The translations under genes were made by a program, and so were the position numbers. Positions 1 to 8,799 of a DNA stretch of 64,000 nucleotides are shown here, piece after piece (position 1 is the stretch's first letter; every line of letters begins with the position of its first letter). The DNA is taken from positions 123,116 to 187,115 of the forward strand of contig CAYWJQ010000003.1 in the NCBI GenBank assembly GCA_964458595.1. Reading direction: 5' to 3'. The DNA is from an uncultured Thermoplasmata archaeon (GTDB lineage: Archaea; Thermoplasmatota; Thermoplasmata; Halarchaeoplasmatales; Halarchaeoplasmataceae). The notes beneath the pieces are model-generated. The model had not been told where the DNA came from. It was given only the letters and a program-made list of their open reading frames with translations, and made no database searches.

Positions 1-639
1 AATCCTCACATATATCGGAGCTTTGGAGGATACAGGTGAAATCATGTCCTTCAGATACTGTAGTGCGAACATGCTCTCCACCTCTCCTTCAACGTTGTAC
101 TTACCAAATTGGTCCGAATAGACGGTCATATCGATCTCATCCTGATCACTTTCGGCCGTGATCCTGCATTTGAGATCATCCAAACTTATCTTCATTCCAT
201 CACTTACTGTATCAGCGGCTTTAACAGCCTTCTTGAGATAATCGGCTTCCATCTTCACCTCATTTGACAGATCTAGGTCCGGAATATCGGCGGACTTCAT
301 CCCTTCGGGATCCAACAGGGGGAAGACTTGAGACAGATTCCCACTCTCCAATTTCAATTTACCACTTTCATTGATAAGATTTAAAATTGAGTCGGAATTC
401 ACGATCTTTAGGAAATCCTGTATCTTTTCCAGGTTTAGGGCCATAGTTTCTTTCCCTTCGGTATCATATTTCTCAAAACCATTCGAGAGTACAGAGACAT
501 CCACCATGGCGACGTGAGAGTCATCTACAGCCCTGACGTTTAGTTCGTCTTCATCCACGATAAATCGGGCTTCAGCGACCACAGCATCAACTATATCTAT
601 TATCTCTCTCAACCTATCCGCTTCAAGACTCAGCTCCAT
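1..639 (-). CDS. pcn: PCNA / DNA polymerase sliding clamp (3' end runs off the window; absent from the ORF track)
   Basis: Manual translation from ATG at 639 (GGGAGG RBS upstream): MELSLEADRLREIIDIVDAVVAEARF...RAVDDSHVAMVDV...LNLEKIQDFLK...SMFALQYLKDM. This matches the PCNA 'A.D.SHV..V' and 'F.L.YL' motifs and stays open to position 1. Confidence 0.9.
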   Translation of the reverse strand, partial: MELSLEADRLREIIDIVDAVVAEARFIVDEDELNVRAVDDSHVAMVDVSVLSNGFEKYDTEGKETMALNLEKIQDFLKIVNSDSILNLINESGKLKLESGNLSQVFPLLDPEGMKSADIPDLDLSNEVKMEADYLKKAVKAADTVSDGMKISLDDLKCRITAESDQDEIDMTVYSDQFGKYNVEGEVESMFALQYLKDMISPVSSKAPIYVRI

Positions 640-729
640 ACTGCCGATTCCTCCCAAAGTTGTGGGTTAATCTGTTTCATCGTATAAAAAATGACGGAAG
701 AGTTCTTCTTTTTACCCACTGTTTATACT

Positions 730-3147
730 TCACCGTTTCTTCTCGTGGTAGATCGCCACGGCTATGACCACTGACATCAACAAGATTATCGTCGTAAACC
801 CGGGTATACCTCCATCTTCAGGACATGATACTGATTCTCCGAAGTTTGCTGTTATCGTCTTATTGCTGTCCATAGTGATGTTTATCTGTTTCCTCTCTTC
901 ATCGTCAGGTACATTTCCTGTCCACACGTCGAAATCCCAATTTTCGTCTTGTACTGGTATAGCTTCCAGCGTGACATTAGTACCTTCTTCGAACCTACCG
1001 GTCCAGCCGTCTTCTATCTCTTTTCCGTCGACTTCTACCGTTCCATTACCATCTATATTTATCGTAAGGCTATATTCATCCAATTTCTCTTCTTCACAAG
1101 CCAAAAATGGATAGCCATCGTTGATCTCTTTATCTTCATCTATATCCCATATCTCTTTATTTCCAGTATCATCGTTGGGATCATCTACAAAATCCCATGG
1201 TTCATCCAATCTTTCAGTATCCGTATCTGTATAGGTTGCAAAGTCCTTCATCTCCTCTGTTGTCTTTCCCGTGGCGTTGCCTGACGTAGATGTTTGTCCG
1301 CTGGTCTCCGTGTCCCAGAAGTTACCAGTCATCTCGTAATCTTCACCTATATCTACACTTCCACAGAAACCTTTGTTTGTAGGGTCAGTACTATCTTCGT
1401 AGGTCACTCTTCCCGTTGAGTAGCAGTTGATTATTTTTCCACGATAATTACTACCTACGAATCCGCCGAATGAGATGTCGCTTGAACCGGGTAATCTGGT
1501 TACCTCTCCTCGTGCATAAGAGTTCTTAACCATGCCAGAGTTAAATCCCACGAGTCCGCCTAGTGTGTCGTTTCCACTCACATCTCCGGTGGCATACGAT
1601 TTCTCAACCCTGCCATCGTTAGTACCTGCGAGTCCGCCTACACACCAGTCTCCGCTCACTTTGCCGGTTGCATTTGAGTTTTCCACTGTACTAAAACCAA
1701 AGTTGTCCCCTACGAGCCCGCCTACCCGCCAATCACCACTGACGTCTACCGCACCGTACGAGTTCAAAACCTTGCCACTATTATCTCCCACGAGTCCGCC
1801 CACCTGATCATTACCGCTAACATTTCCGGCAGCGGAGGAGTTCAAAATCGTGCCCCCGTTGCCTCCTACGAGCATGCCTATATGACTATCTCCATTCACT
1901 TTTCCCATAGCGGACGAATTTAAAACCGTACCCTCGTCGTTCTCGCCAACGAGTCCGCCTACATACTCGTTACTCCTGATATTCACATTTACCATCTCGA
2001 GATTAGTTACCTTTCCACCCTTTACATATCCGAACATACCAATATGGGAAATAAATGGAAGATCGATGTTTAGTTTAGAGATGGTGTGGTTATCACCATC
2101 GAAGTCCGCTGCGAGATAGGGTATATATAGACCAGGATTATCCGACATATCAATATCGGAAGATAGATGGAAATCATATCCTTCCTTATCGGCAAATCCA
2201 AGTAGATCTTGTAAACCTTCTACACTGTTTATCTCGTAATGATCACCAGATGGGATCAAGGTGTCACTGTAATCTTGTATGTCAAGTTCCATATCCTCTA
2301 TCCAGTCCTGGTACTGCGCATCGAAAAGCCCGCCGATAGTGACGTGGTGACCACCATTTATCAGCACTGAATCGATATTATAGTACGAGTTCGAAACCGT
2401 GCAACCTTCATCGTTAGATCCCACGAGTCCACCTATATTGCCGTTACCGCTCACGTTTCCAGCAGCGTACGAATTTAAAACCATCCCCCAGTTATATCCC
2501 ACGAGTCCACCTACACTGCTGTTGCCGCTCACGTTTACCTCAGCGCACGAGTTATCTACTGTACCCACATTCCATCCCACGAGTCCACCTACATTGTGAT
2601 TACCGCTTATTTCACCAGTGCCGTACGAGTTCTTCACCGTGCCAGAGTTATATCCCACGAGTCCGCCTACCGACCAGTCACCACTAATATTCACGTCGAT
2701 CAATCCAATATTTTTGATCACTCCGTCATCGTTATATCCAAGCAATCCAACCCTACCCTCATTAGGTCGGTCGATGTACAGGTCGCTCACAGTATGATTC
2801 CGACCATCTAGACTGCCGTTAAATGAGTTGGCCCAATTTTCCCCAACAGGCATAAAACCCGATCCACCGTTCCACTTACTCGTCTCACTCGCATTTATAT
2901 CGTTCGCAAGGGCATAGTGTGCATTCAAATCCTCATTTATAGCCTGCAGTTGCGTAACATTTTTTATCAAGTACGGATCTCCAGGTATACCGCTCCCTCC
3001 AGCAAAAAGATTATTTGAACCTTCAGTTTCATCCCTCGCCAAATCAGTACCTTTTGATGAACTTAAAGCGATACCAAACCCACTGATTACAAGGACACAA
3101 ACCAAGCAGAAGACCAATATCTTTTGAACCCTCATATTTTCGGTCAC
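730..3147 (-). CDS. Secreted GLUG-repeat cell-surface glycoprotein with an InlB-B-like repeat and a PGF-CTERM sorting signal
   Basis: N-terminal signal peptide; 'GSG..GDPYLI' start; many VGGLVG.N repeats; many N-x-S/T sequons; C-terminal IPGF + hydrophobic helix + KKR. Confidence 0.9.
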   Translation of the reverse strand: MTENMRVQKILVFCLVCVLVISGFGIALSSSKGTDLARDETEGSNNLFAGGSGIPGDPYLIKNVTQLQAINEDLNAHYALANDINASETSKWNGGSGFMPVGENWANSFNGSLDGRNHTVSDLYIDRPNEGRVGLLGYNDDGVIKNIGLIDVNISGDWSVGGLVGYNSGTVKNSYGTGEISGNHNVGGLVGWNVGTVDNSCAEVNVSGNSSVGGLVGYNWGMVLNSYAAGNVSGNGNIGGLVGSNDEGCTVSNSYYNIDSVLINGGHHVTIGGLFDAQYQDWIEDMELDIQDYSDTLIPSGDHYEINSVEGLQDLLGFADKEGYDFHLSSDIDMSDNPGLYIPYLAADFDGDNHTISKLNIDLPFISHIGMFGYVKGGKVTNLEMVNVNIRSNEYVGGLVGENDEGTVLNSSAMGKVNGDSHIGMLVGGNGGTILNSSAAGNVSGNDQVGGLVGDNSGKVLNSYGAVDVSGDWRVGGLVGDNFGFSTVENSNATGKVSGDWCVGGLAGTNDGRVEKSYATGDVSGNDTLGGLVGFNSGMVKNSYARGEVTRLPGSSDISFGGFVGSNYRGKIINCYSTGRVTYEDSTDPTNKGFCGSVDIGEDYEMTGNFWDTETSGQTSTSGNATGKTTEEMKDFATYTDTDTERLDEPWDFVDDPNDDTGNKEIWDIDEDKEINDGYPFLACEEEKLDEYSLTINIDGNGTVEVDGKEIEDGWTGRFEEGTNVTLEAIPVQDENWDFDVWTGNVPDDEERKQINITMDSNKTITANFGESVSCPEDGGIPGFTTIILLMSVVIAVAIYHEKKR

Positions 3148-3214
3148 CTCTCTCCTAATTATCCCATTGAAAATAAGACAAATATAAAAATATTTTCTAT
3201 TACAGATCGTTTCT

Positions 3215-3319
3215 TCAGACGGGTCTATTTACCTGTAGATCTCCTTCTATTCTTCCATTAACATATGAGTCGGAAACCATGCTTTTATCACTGACTCCAA
3301 CAATTTCACCCACAAACCA
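3215..3319 (-). pseudogene. Decayed GLUG-repeat fragment
   Basis: Translates to WFVGEIVGVSDKSMVSDSYVNGRIEGDLQVNRPV*, a degenerate version of the VGGLVG.N....V.NSY..G.I.GD..VGGLV repeat in the neighbouring gene. Confidence 0.55.
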
Positions 3320-3320
3320 T

Positions 3321-3580
3321 TTATCCTTTCTGTACCCGATAAATTACTGCTGCAATGATCGAACTGAGTAACAGTAGGGTTGTGATAAATCCGGGCGTTT
3401 CTCCATCACTGCCATTACCATCTTCTTCCTCTTCAAAAATCGCTGTTATTTTCTTACTCTCGGTCATAGTGACATTTATGGTGTCTTCTTTCTCTTCACC
3501 TTCGAGTACATCTCCCCTCCATGAGACAAACTCTGAACCCTCGTACGGTTCAGCGGTCAATCCGACCCTCTTGCCTTTGA
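3321..3580 (-). pseudogene. 5'-truncated C-terminal fragment of a PGF-CTERM surface protein
   Basis: VGLTAEPYEGSEFVSWRGDV...INVTMTESKKITAIF...TPGF+TM+RVQKG parallels the C-terminus of 730..3147. It has no signal peptide and abuts IS debris. Confidence 0.75.
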
Positions 3581-3689
3581 TATAATCATTATGGCTATTG
3601 TTCCGATACAAGAAAATGGGTAAATTTGGATAGGCCTGAGCAGAAATTAGCAAAATGCTTTAGCTCTAAAACACGATAGAGAAGTAACT

Positions 3690-3969
3690 TTTTGGCCACA
3701 TTCCTTTAGAATCCACCGTTAGCTAGACCATTTCATCGTTACTGAATAAACCGATAATACTCTGAACAATATTAGTTCCGATTCGATTACCAATCTTTGA
3801 AGTGTCTATAACTTTTGTCTTCATACTCTTTCAAGGCAAGCAATGTAATTTTCTGAGGTACTGTATACTTCTTCGGAGAATATTTGCTAGTATACTTAGG
3901 CAAGTTGCTTGTTTCTACTACCATCCTGACAGCTTGGCTAAACCTAATATATCGGTTTTCACATACCAT
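3690..3969 (-). pseudogene. IS5-like DDE transposase remnant
   Basis: MVCENRYIRF...LPKYTSKYSPKKYTVPQKITLLALKEYEDKSYRHF resembles the N-terminus of archaeal IS5-type transposases. Stop at 3787, followed by a broken 'LTVDSKG' (DDE first-Asp-like) segment in another frame. Confidence 0.65.
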
Positions 3970-3970
3970 G

Positions 3971-4036
3971 AGTGCATCCCTTTCCTGGTGCTGGCTGTCA
4001 GGACTGGACGTCAGACAGCCAGCACTCGGATGCACT
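3971..4036 (-). promoter_or_regulatory. Long hairpin covering the transposase RBS
   Basis: AGTGCATCC/GGATGCACT (9 bp) plus GTGCTGGCTGTC/GACAGCCAGCAC (12 bp), ending 1 nt before the ATG at 3969. Confidence 0.65.
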
Positions 4037-4111
4037 TATCTATTTCTATATCACGAGAACTTGCTTCGAGTGAGAGTTGGAATTTTCAATTCCTACGGAT
4101 TTAAAAATATT

Positions 4112-4197
4112 GATAAAATCAGTTCCATCTACGAGAAAGGTTTTCTACTGAGCCGATAAAACTAAGCACTCCTACGAAAAAGGTTTTCTACTGAGCC
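4112..4197. repeat. Two tandem 43-bp copies ending in an IS5-like terminal repeat (GGTTTTCTACTGAGCC)
   Basis: 4112-4154 and 4155-4197. Both start with GATAAAA, and their last 26 bp match at 25/26. Confidence 0.8.
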
Positions 4198-4204
4198 AAG
4201 CCAT

Positions 4205-5209
4205 TGTGTTATTCGCGAATTATTTCGTTTCAATATCATCACCCCTTTCAATCATTTCAAAGAAGTTTCCAAGAATGTAAGATCGAAGCCTTTTCCAGAA
4301 TACTTCTTCAGGAGTTCGAATATCTAGACTAAAATGAGGTTTGATTTCGTTGTACCAATCAATGAAATCATCGATTGAATCAAACCTATATCGATGCTTT
4401 TCATACGTATCAAACCATTTCTCGATCTTGCCATTGCTTTGAGGGTGATTATACTTGCAGAGCAGATGTTTGATTCCTTTTTCCTTGCAGTAGTTCTCAA
4501 AAGAATGATCAGCTTCTCCGTCCTTGTCTCTTTTGTTAGCGTAAAATTCTGTACCATGATCAGTTATCACTTCTCTAATCGATCTTACATGGCTGTACTT
4601 CTCGAATGCTTCATTTAGCAATTCTATAGAAGCTTCAGCGCTTCTACTATCATACTCTCCTGCGGAGAGTATTTTACGACTAGAATCGTCTAATACAGCA
4701 CAGATCCACTTACCATGCTTGTTTTGATGCCAGTCCATATGTACAGCAGATAAGCTGTGATTCCGTTCATATCTGACCCAGGGTTTCTTTCTTCCCTTTT
4801 TGTTGTCATTTTCTCTAGCCATATTATTCTCCAACAATACTTCATGGACTTTACTATCAGCAATTTTTACATCGTCTTTTTTTCTAAGATATTTTGCTAT
4901 CAAAGTTGCTCCCATCTGAAATTCTTTACTCGTCTGGATTATCCGCTCTTCAATATCTTTAGGATAATCAGCGTATGGTTTTCTACCAGGTTTTTTCAGC
5001 ATCGGAATTTTGCCAGTTTCTCTATACTTCTTAACCAACTGTTGAATGCGACGTTGACTCACATCAAAGTCTTTCGTTACTTGTTCAGTCGATAATCCTT
5101 CATCAACCACCCATGTCACTATTTTCCTGACATCATCGTCTTCTAGAGTCATTGAATGATTAGTATCATCACTACTTAAATCTTGACGAAATAATTCGCG
5201 AATAATACA
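4205..5209 (-). mobile_element. IS481-family insertion sequence, intact
   Basis: TGT...ACA ends; 24-bp TIRs at 4205-4228 and 5186-5209 (23/24 match); exact 15-bp TSD ACTGAGCCAAGCCAT at 4190-4204 and 5210-5224. Confidence 0.92.
4220..5152 (-). CDS. IS481-family transposase (HTH + rve integrase core)
   Basis: Likely start MTLEDDD at 5152 (the ORF-track start lies outside the element). DDE motifs HMDWH, DDSSR, TDHGTEF, PQSNGKIEKW. The stop codon lies inside the TIR. Confidence 0.9.
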   Translation of the reverse strand: MTLEDDDVRKIVTWVVDEGLSTEQVTKDFDVSQRRIQQLVKKYRETGKIPMLKKPGRKPYADYPKDIEERIIQTSKEFQMGATLIAKYLRKKDDVKIADSKVHEVLLENNMARENDNKKGRKKPWVRYERNHSLSAVHMDWHQNKHGKWICAVLDDSSRKILSAGEYDSRSAEASIELLNEAFEKYSHVRSIREVITDHGTEFYANKRDKDGEADHSFENYCKEKGIKHLLCKYNHPQSNGKIEKWFDTYEKHRYRFDSIDDFIDWYNEIKPHFSLDIRTPEEVFWKRLRSYILGNFFEMIERGDDIETK

Positions 5210-5273
5210 ACTGAGCCAAGCCATCAAAATTTATAAATACTAAAACCTAAAATTTACTGTTGAGGTAAAGAAA

Positions 5274-5543
5274 ATGGAGCCGGGCGACGGAGAGATTTTG
5301 AAGATCAGAGTTAATGATATCCAGTTAAAGGACTTGCTCTCTGATGAGATAAAAGAAAGATACAACGAAGAGATGAATGTTGATTTAAAAGTCCCTAGTA
5401 TGATATTCGCCCTCGAGAATGGAGCGGTTTTTGCAAATCATCCTAATAGAGAAACAGAAGACGAGGAAATAATAGAAATAGAAACAAACGATGAAGAAGC
5501 TCTGGAAAAATTCTGTGATTTTATAGAGATAGTTAAGGACTGA
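5274..5543 (+). CDS. Hypothetical acidic protein
   Basis: TTTATAAATA TATA-like box and GAGGT RBS upstream; first of three closely spaced ORFs. Confidence 0.65.
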   Translation: MEPGDGEILKIRVNDIQLKDLLSDEIKERYNEEMNVDLKVPSMIFALENGAVFANHPNRETEDEEIIEIETNDEEALEKFCDFIEIVKD

Positions 5544-5552
5544 GGTAAAATT

Positions 5553-6050
5553 ATGGAAGATGTTTTAGATCAAGACGAGATTGAGGATGTTACTAACGAA
5601 GGAGAAGGCGCACCGGATGTCTTTCCAATTGGTGGTGAAAAAGCTGAGGAGATGGGGGCTAAGATTAGAAAACGAGCCTTTGATTTTATGGAAAAAACCA
5701 AAGGTTTTCCTGAGCTTATCAAAGATCAATCTGATATTGCTCGAACACAAGCAGAAACAGAGAAAAGAAAGGTAAAAGTTATGGAAGAATTTCTATATGT
5801 AGTCAAAGAAGAAGGGGGCATACCTATTAAGATCAAGAATGATGAGTCAGAGGGTATGGAAGAAGAAGTAGTAGTGGTGGAAGAGATTCCAAAAGAAGAG
5901 GCTAAAGATGATATAGTCCAATATTTTAAGAATCATCCTGGAGAGGATATAACACCTACTGACCTTAATCTAGAGCTTGAAATCCCATATGAAACCGTTG
6001 TAGAAGTAATAAAAGAACTTAAAGAAGAAGGGAATATCGAAGAGAGCTGA
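5553..6050 (+). CDS. Hypothetical protein with a coiled-coil-like segment and a C-terminal winged-HTH-like domain
   Basis: GAGGT RBS; C-terminal IVQYFKNHPGEDITPTDLNLELEIPYETVVEVIKELKEEGNI has a wHTH pattern. Confidence 0.7.
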   Translation: MEDVLDQDEIEDVTNEGEGAPDVFPIGGEKAEEMGAKIRKRAFDFMEKTKGFPELIKDQSDIARTQAETEKRKVKVMEEFLYVVKEEGGIPIKIKNDESEGMEEEVVVVEEIPKEEAKDDIVQYFKNHPGEDITPTDLNLELEIPYETVVEVIKELKEEGNIEES

Positions 6051-6054
6051 TATT

Positions 6055-6273
6055 ATGGTAGAATTCTACGAAAAAGAGGGATGCGGTATAGAAGGTGAAA
6101 AAATTAGGGTTGAGGCTAGAAAACTTAAAGAGAAGGGAAAAATAAGAGGATCTAGCCAACACAGGAAACAACTAATGATGGCAGAAAAAGATGCAGTGGC
6201 CATAATAGAAAAATCATACAGATCCAGATACGAAGATGATGGAACTCATCCAAATGAACATAAATTGGATTAA
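6055..6273 (+). CDS. Small hypothetical protein
   Basis: ATG 4 nt after the previous stop; no recognisable motif. Confidence 0.5.
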   Translation: MVEFYEKEGCGIEGEKIRVEARKLKEKGKIRGSSQHRKQLMMAEKDAVAIIEKSYRSRYEDDGTHPNEHKLD

Positions 6274-6521
6274 ATCTTCCTAGCTTCTATTCATTAGCCA
6301 AACAGTTCTCATCTGTTTCTCCTTTAAAAATAAATTTATAATACCAGTTGATATTGACTCTTTTCAGCCCTTTTTAGATCTATTTTATTAAACCAAATAA
6401 AAATACTGCGAAAGTTCATAATTCAACTAGATTTAGAAACACTTTACTTTTATCAAAATTTTGATAGGATTTTGGTATTAAACTTTCACCTAGTTTTAGA
6501 CAACTTTCAATCACACTGACA

Positions 6522-6719
6522 TCAGGGTCGGTATTTCCAAGATCTGTCCTCTTTCTTCTCCGCCTGATCTAAAGAAGATAGATATCTACCGATCGTTCTA
6601 CCCGATATTTCAAAATCAAGAGCCCGTCTTAGATCGTAAATCTTTGCCTCTCCAAGTTCCTTCAAAGATTCCAAAACCTTTCTTCTCTCTTTATCTCTTT
6701 CTTCTTGGTCTTTGAACAT
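6522..6719 (-). CDS. Small winged-HTH-like protein (possibly a fragment)
   Basis: VLESLKELGEAKIYDLRRALDFEISGRTIGRYLSSL...W.Y pattern. Confidence 0.55.
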   Translation of the reverse strand: MFKDQEERDKERRKVLESLKELGEAKIYDLRRALDFEISGRTIGRYLSSLDQAEKKEDRSWKYRP

Positions 6720-6871
6720 CTGCAGTCATGTAGTATTTCCTTGTTATATTTTAATCTTTCTCTATTATACTGACATTACAATAAAGTTATAGGACCGCTG
6801 AGAGCAGATAGGATATAGGTCAATAACGTTTAAATCCCAAACTCCACATTCATACCACGTCGAGGGCGACG

Positions 6872-7084
6872 ATGTCGGATAGACAGGATGAAGAAGATAG
6901 TCCTCAAAAGTATGATAAAAAGGAAGAGGAATCCGAGGGAAGTCGGTCCGGGCTGAAGAAGGTCTTCACGGAAAAGAAGAAGATAGCTGCTGTTGTCATC
7001 GCAGATGTTTTGATAGTCGCCAGCACCTCTGTTGTTCTCGTATGGACTACTCCAGCGACGGCCTTGCCAATTACACTTTCTTAG
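6872..7084 (+). CDS. Short membrane protein or truncated 5' fragment of a membrane-anchored protein
   Basis: Charged N-terminus, KKK plus a hydrophobic helix, early TAG; GAGGG RBS-like site. Confidence 0.4.
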   Translation: MSDRQDEEDSPQKYDKKEEESEGSRSGLKKVFTEKKKIAAVVIADVLIVASTSVVLVWTTPATALPITLS

Positions 7085-7194
7085 GGGATATAGAAGGCAA
7101 TTGGGGAGAAGAGTTTTATCGCCGAGTACGAGAAAAAACCTCACATGAAAAGTTTTAATAAAGTTTGATCCGCCTATATAAGTTGGTGAGGGAT

Positions 7195-7920
7195 ATGTTC
7201 GAAAAGAAGGTATCCTCGGAAGTCAAAAAAGAAGGGGCCGGAGCAAAGGTGAAAAGATTGTTTCCGTCTAAAGATATGGATCATTACGATCCTTTCGTTT
7301 TATTAGATGAGTTCTTCGTGGAGTCCGACGCGGGTTTCCCGAAGCATTCTCACGGCGGTTTTGAAGCCTTGACATATATCCTCGAAGGTGGTTTTAGACA
7401 TGAAGATAATTTAGGCAACGATTCCGCGATAACTGAAGGCGGTGTTCAGAGATTCACCGCGGGGAAAGGCATCAGACACTCCGAGATGCCAGAAGGTGAG
7501 AAAACGTCTCACGGATTTCAACTGTGGATAAACCTTCCTGAAAAGTTGAAAGGGATCGAACCCAGCTATCAGAAAGTATCTTCCGAAGAGATCCCGAAGG
7601 AAGAAAGAGACGGTTTTGAGATCAAAAAGATAATCGATGACGAGTCTCCGGTAAAAGTGAATTCTGAAGTGATTTATCACCACTTTAGTTCTGAAAAGGG
7701 AGGTTCTTGTCTCGTATCTCTGAAGGAAGGTTTCAATTCTTTCTTCTACGTTTTCGAAGGGGAATTGAAGATCGACGGCGATAAGATCGGGGAAGAGGAA
7801 GGATATTTTATCGATAATAACGAAGTATCTCTTGAGGCTGAGAAAGGCACTTCTTTCATCTTCTTATCGGGCAAACCTTTAGATGAGACTATAAGATTGG
7901 AGGGGTCTTTCGTTAGATGA
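7195..7920 (+). CDS. Pirin family protein
   Basis: DPFVLLDEF, GFPKHSHGGFE, GIRHSEMP and GFQLWINLP motifs; ATG 7195 preferred over TTG 7165. Confidence 0.92.
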   Translation: MFEKKVSSEVKKEGAGAKVKRLFPSKDMDHYDPFVLLDEFFVESDAGFPKHSHGGFEALTYILEGGFRHEDNLGNDSAITEGGVQRFTAGKGIRHSEMPEGEKTSHGFQLWINLPEKLKGIEPSYQKVSSEEIPKEERDGFEIKKIIDDESPVKVNSEVIYHHFSSEKGGSCLVSLKEGFNSFFYVFEGELKIDGDKIGEEEGYFIDNNEVSLEAEKGTSFIFLSGKPLDETIRLEGSFVR

Positions 7921-7959
7921 CCAAAAGTTTATTTTAAGCTTCCTAGATTCTGTAATGCC

Positions 7960-8799
7960 ATGACGGGGATGAATTTCTTTAGGAGTAAGGATCTCGAGAC
8001 TACGACAGAATTCTACATGGAAGAGCTGGATATGGATCTCTGGCTTGACCAGGATAAATGTAAAATAGTCAAGGACGGTAACCTCTTGATAGGCTTCTGT
8101 GAAGGGGAAACCGTAGACGAAGGAGGAACGATCACTTTCTTCTACCGCACTAAAGAAGAAGTCGACGAGATGTACGAAAAGTTCAAGGATAGAGCTCGTG
8201 GGGAACCTTCTGAGAACGATTTCTTCCAGGTCTATCAATTCTTCGCCGAGGATCCCGAGGGAAGGACTCTGGAATTTCAGACCTTCCTACACCATTTAGA
8301 ACCATACTTGGAGGGCATCGACCTCTTGGAAGGCAGGAGGAGCGTCAGAGAATACACGGACGAAGAAGTACCTGAAGAGACGCTGCAGAAGATATTCGAG
8401 ACCTGCAGGTTCGCGCCGACTTCTAGAAATTCGGAATCGTATTACTTCATACCTATAGAAGATAGAGAAATAATCGAGTTCATGTCGGAAAGGAGAGGTA
8501 GGAACAGTCAACCTATAGCGGAAGCTCCGATGGCCGTAGCTATCTGCTGCGATTCAGAAGAAACGGGCAGACCCAAACAGGACGGCGATATAGGCGCATA
8601 TCATTTCATGCTCACGGCTTGGGCTCACGGTCTAGGAACATGTTGGATCGCCGCGATGGACAGAGAAGATGTCAAAGAGAAGTTGGGGATCCCGAAGGAA
8701 CATTACGTTGCAACCGTAACACCACTGGGTTATCCTGAAGAGGTACCGGAAACACCTTCTAGAGAAGATGCGGATCATTACGTCAAAAGAATAGAGTGA
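7960..8799 (+). CDS. VOC/glyoxalase-domain + nitroreductase fusion protein
   Basis: N-terminal DLETTTEFY...FFAEDPEGRTLEFQ (VOC); C-terminal RRSVREY, APTSRNS, AWAHGLGTCWI, LGYP (nitroreductase). Confidence 0.88.
   Translation: MTGMNFFRSKDLETTTEFYMEELDMDLWLDQDKCKIVKDGNLLIGFCEGETVDEGGTITFFYRTKEEVDEMYEKFKDRARGEPSENDFFQVYQFFAEDPEGRTLEFQTFLHHLEPYLEGIDLLEGRRSVREYTDEEVPEETLQKIFETCRFAPTSRNSESYYFIPIEDREIIEFMSERRGRNSQPIAEAPMAVAICCDSEETGRPKQDGDIGAYHFMLTAWAHGLGTCWIAAMDREDVKEKLGIPKEHYVATVTPLGYPEEVPETPSREDADHYVKRIE

Noticed and set aside
1540..2680. Regularly spaced ~20-bp repeats (CCCACGAGTCC(A/G)CCTAC) resembling a CRISPR array
   Set aside because: They are the codons of the VGGLVG GLUG repeats inside an intact ORF; they are degenerate and no cas genes are present.
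4112..4197. Two 26-bp repeats with a 17-bp spacer as a mini-CRISPR
   Set aside because: The spacer is too short, the units are homologous over 43 bp, and the ends look like an IS terminal repeat.
6872..7170. Pyrrolysine-type TAG readthrough extending the 70-aa ORF
   Set aside because: Two TAGs fall within four codons, no recognisable domain follows, and no pyl genes are seen; truncation is the simpler explanation.
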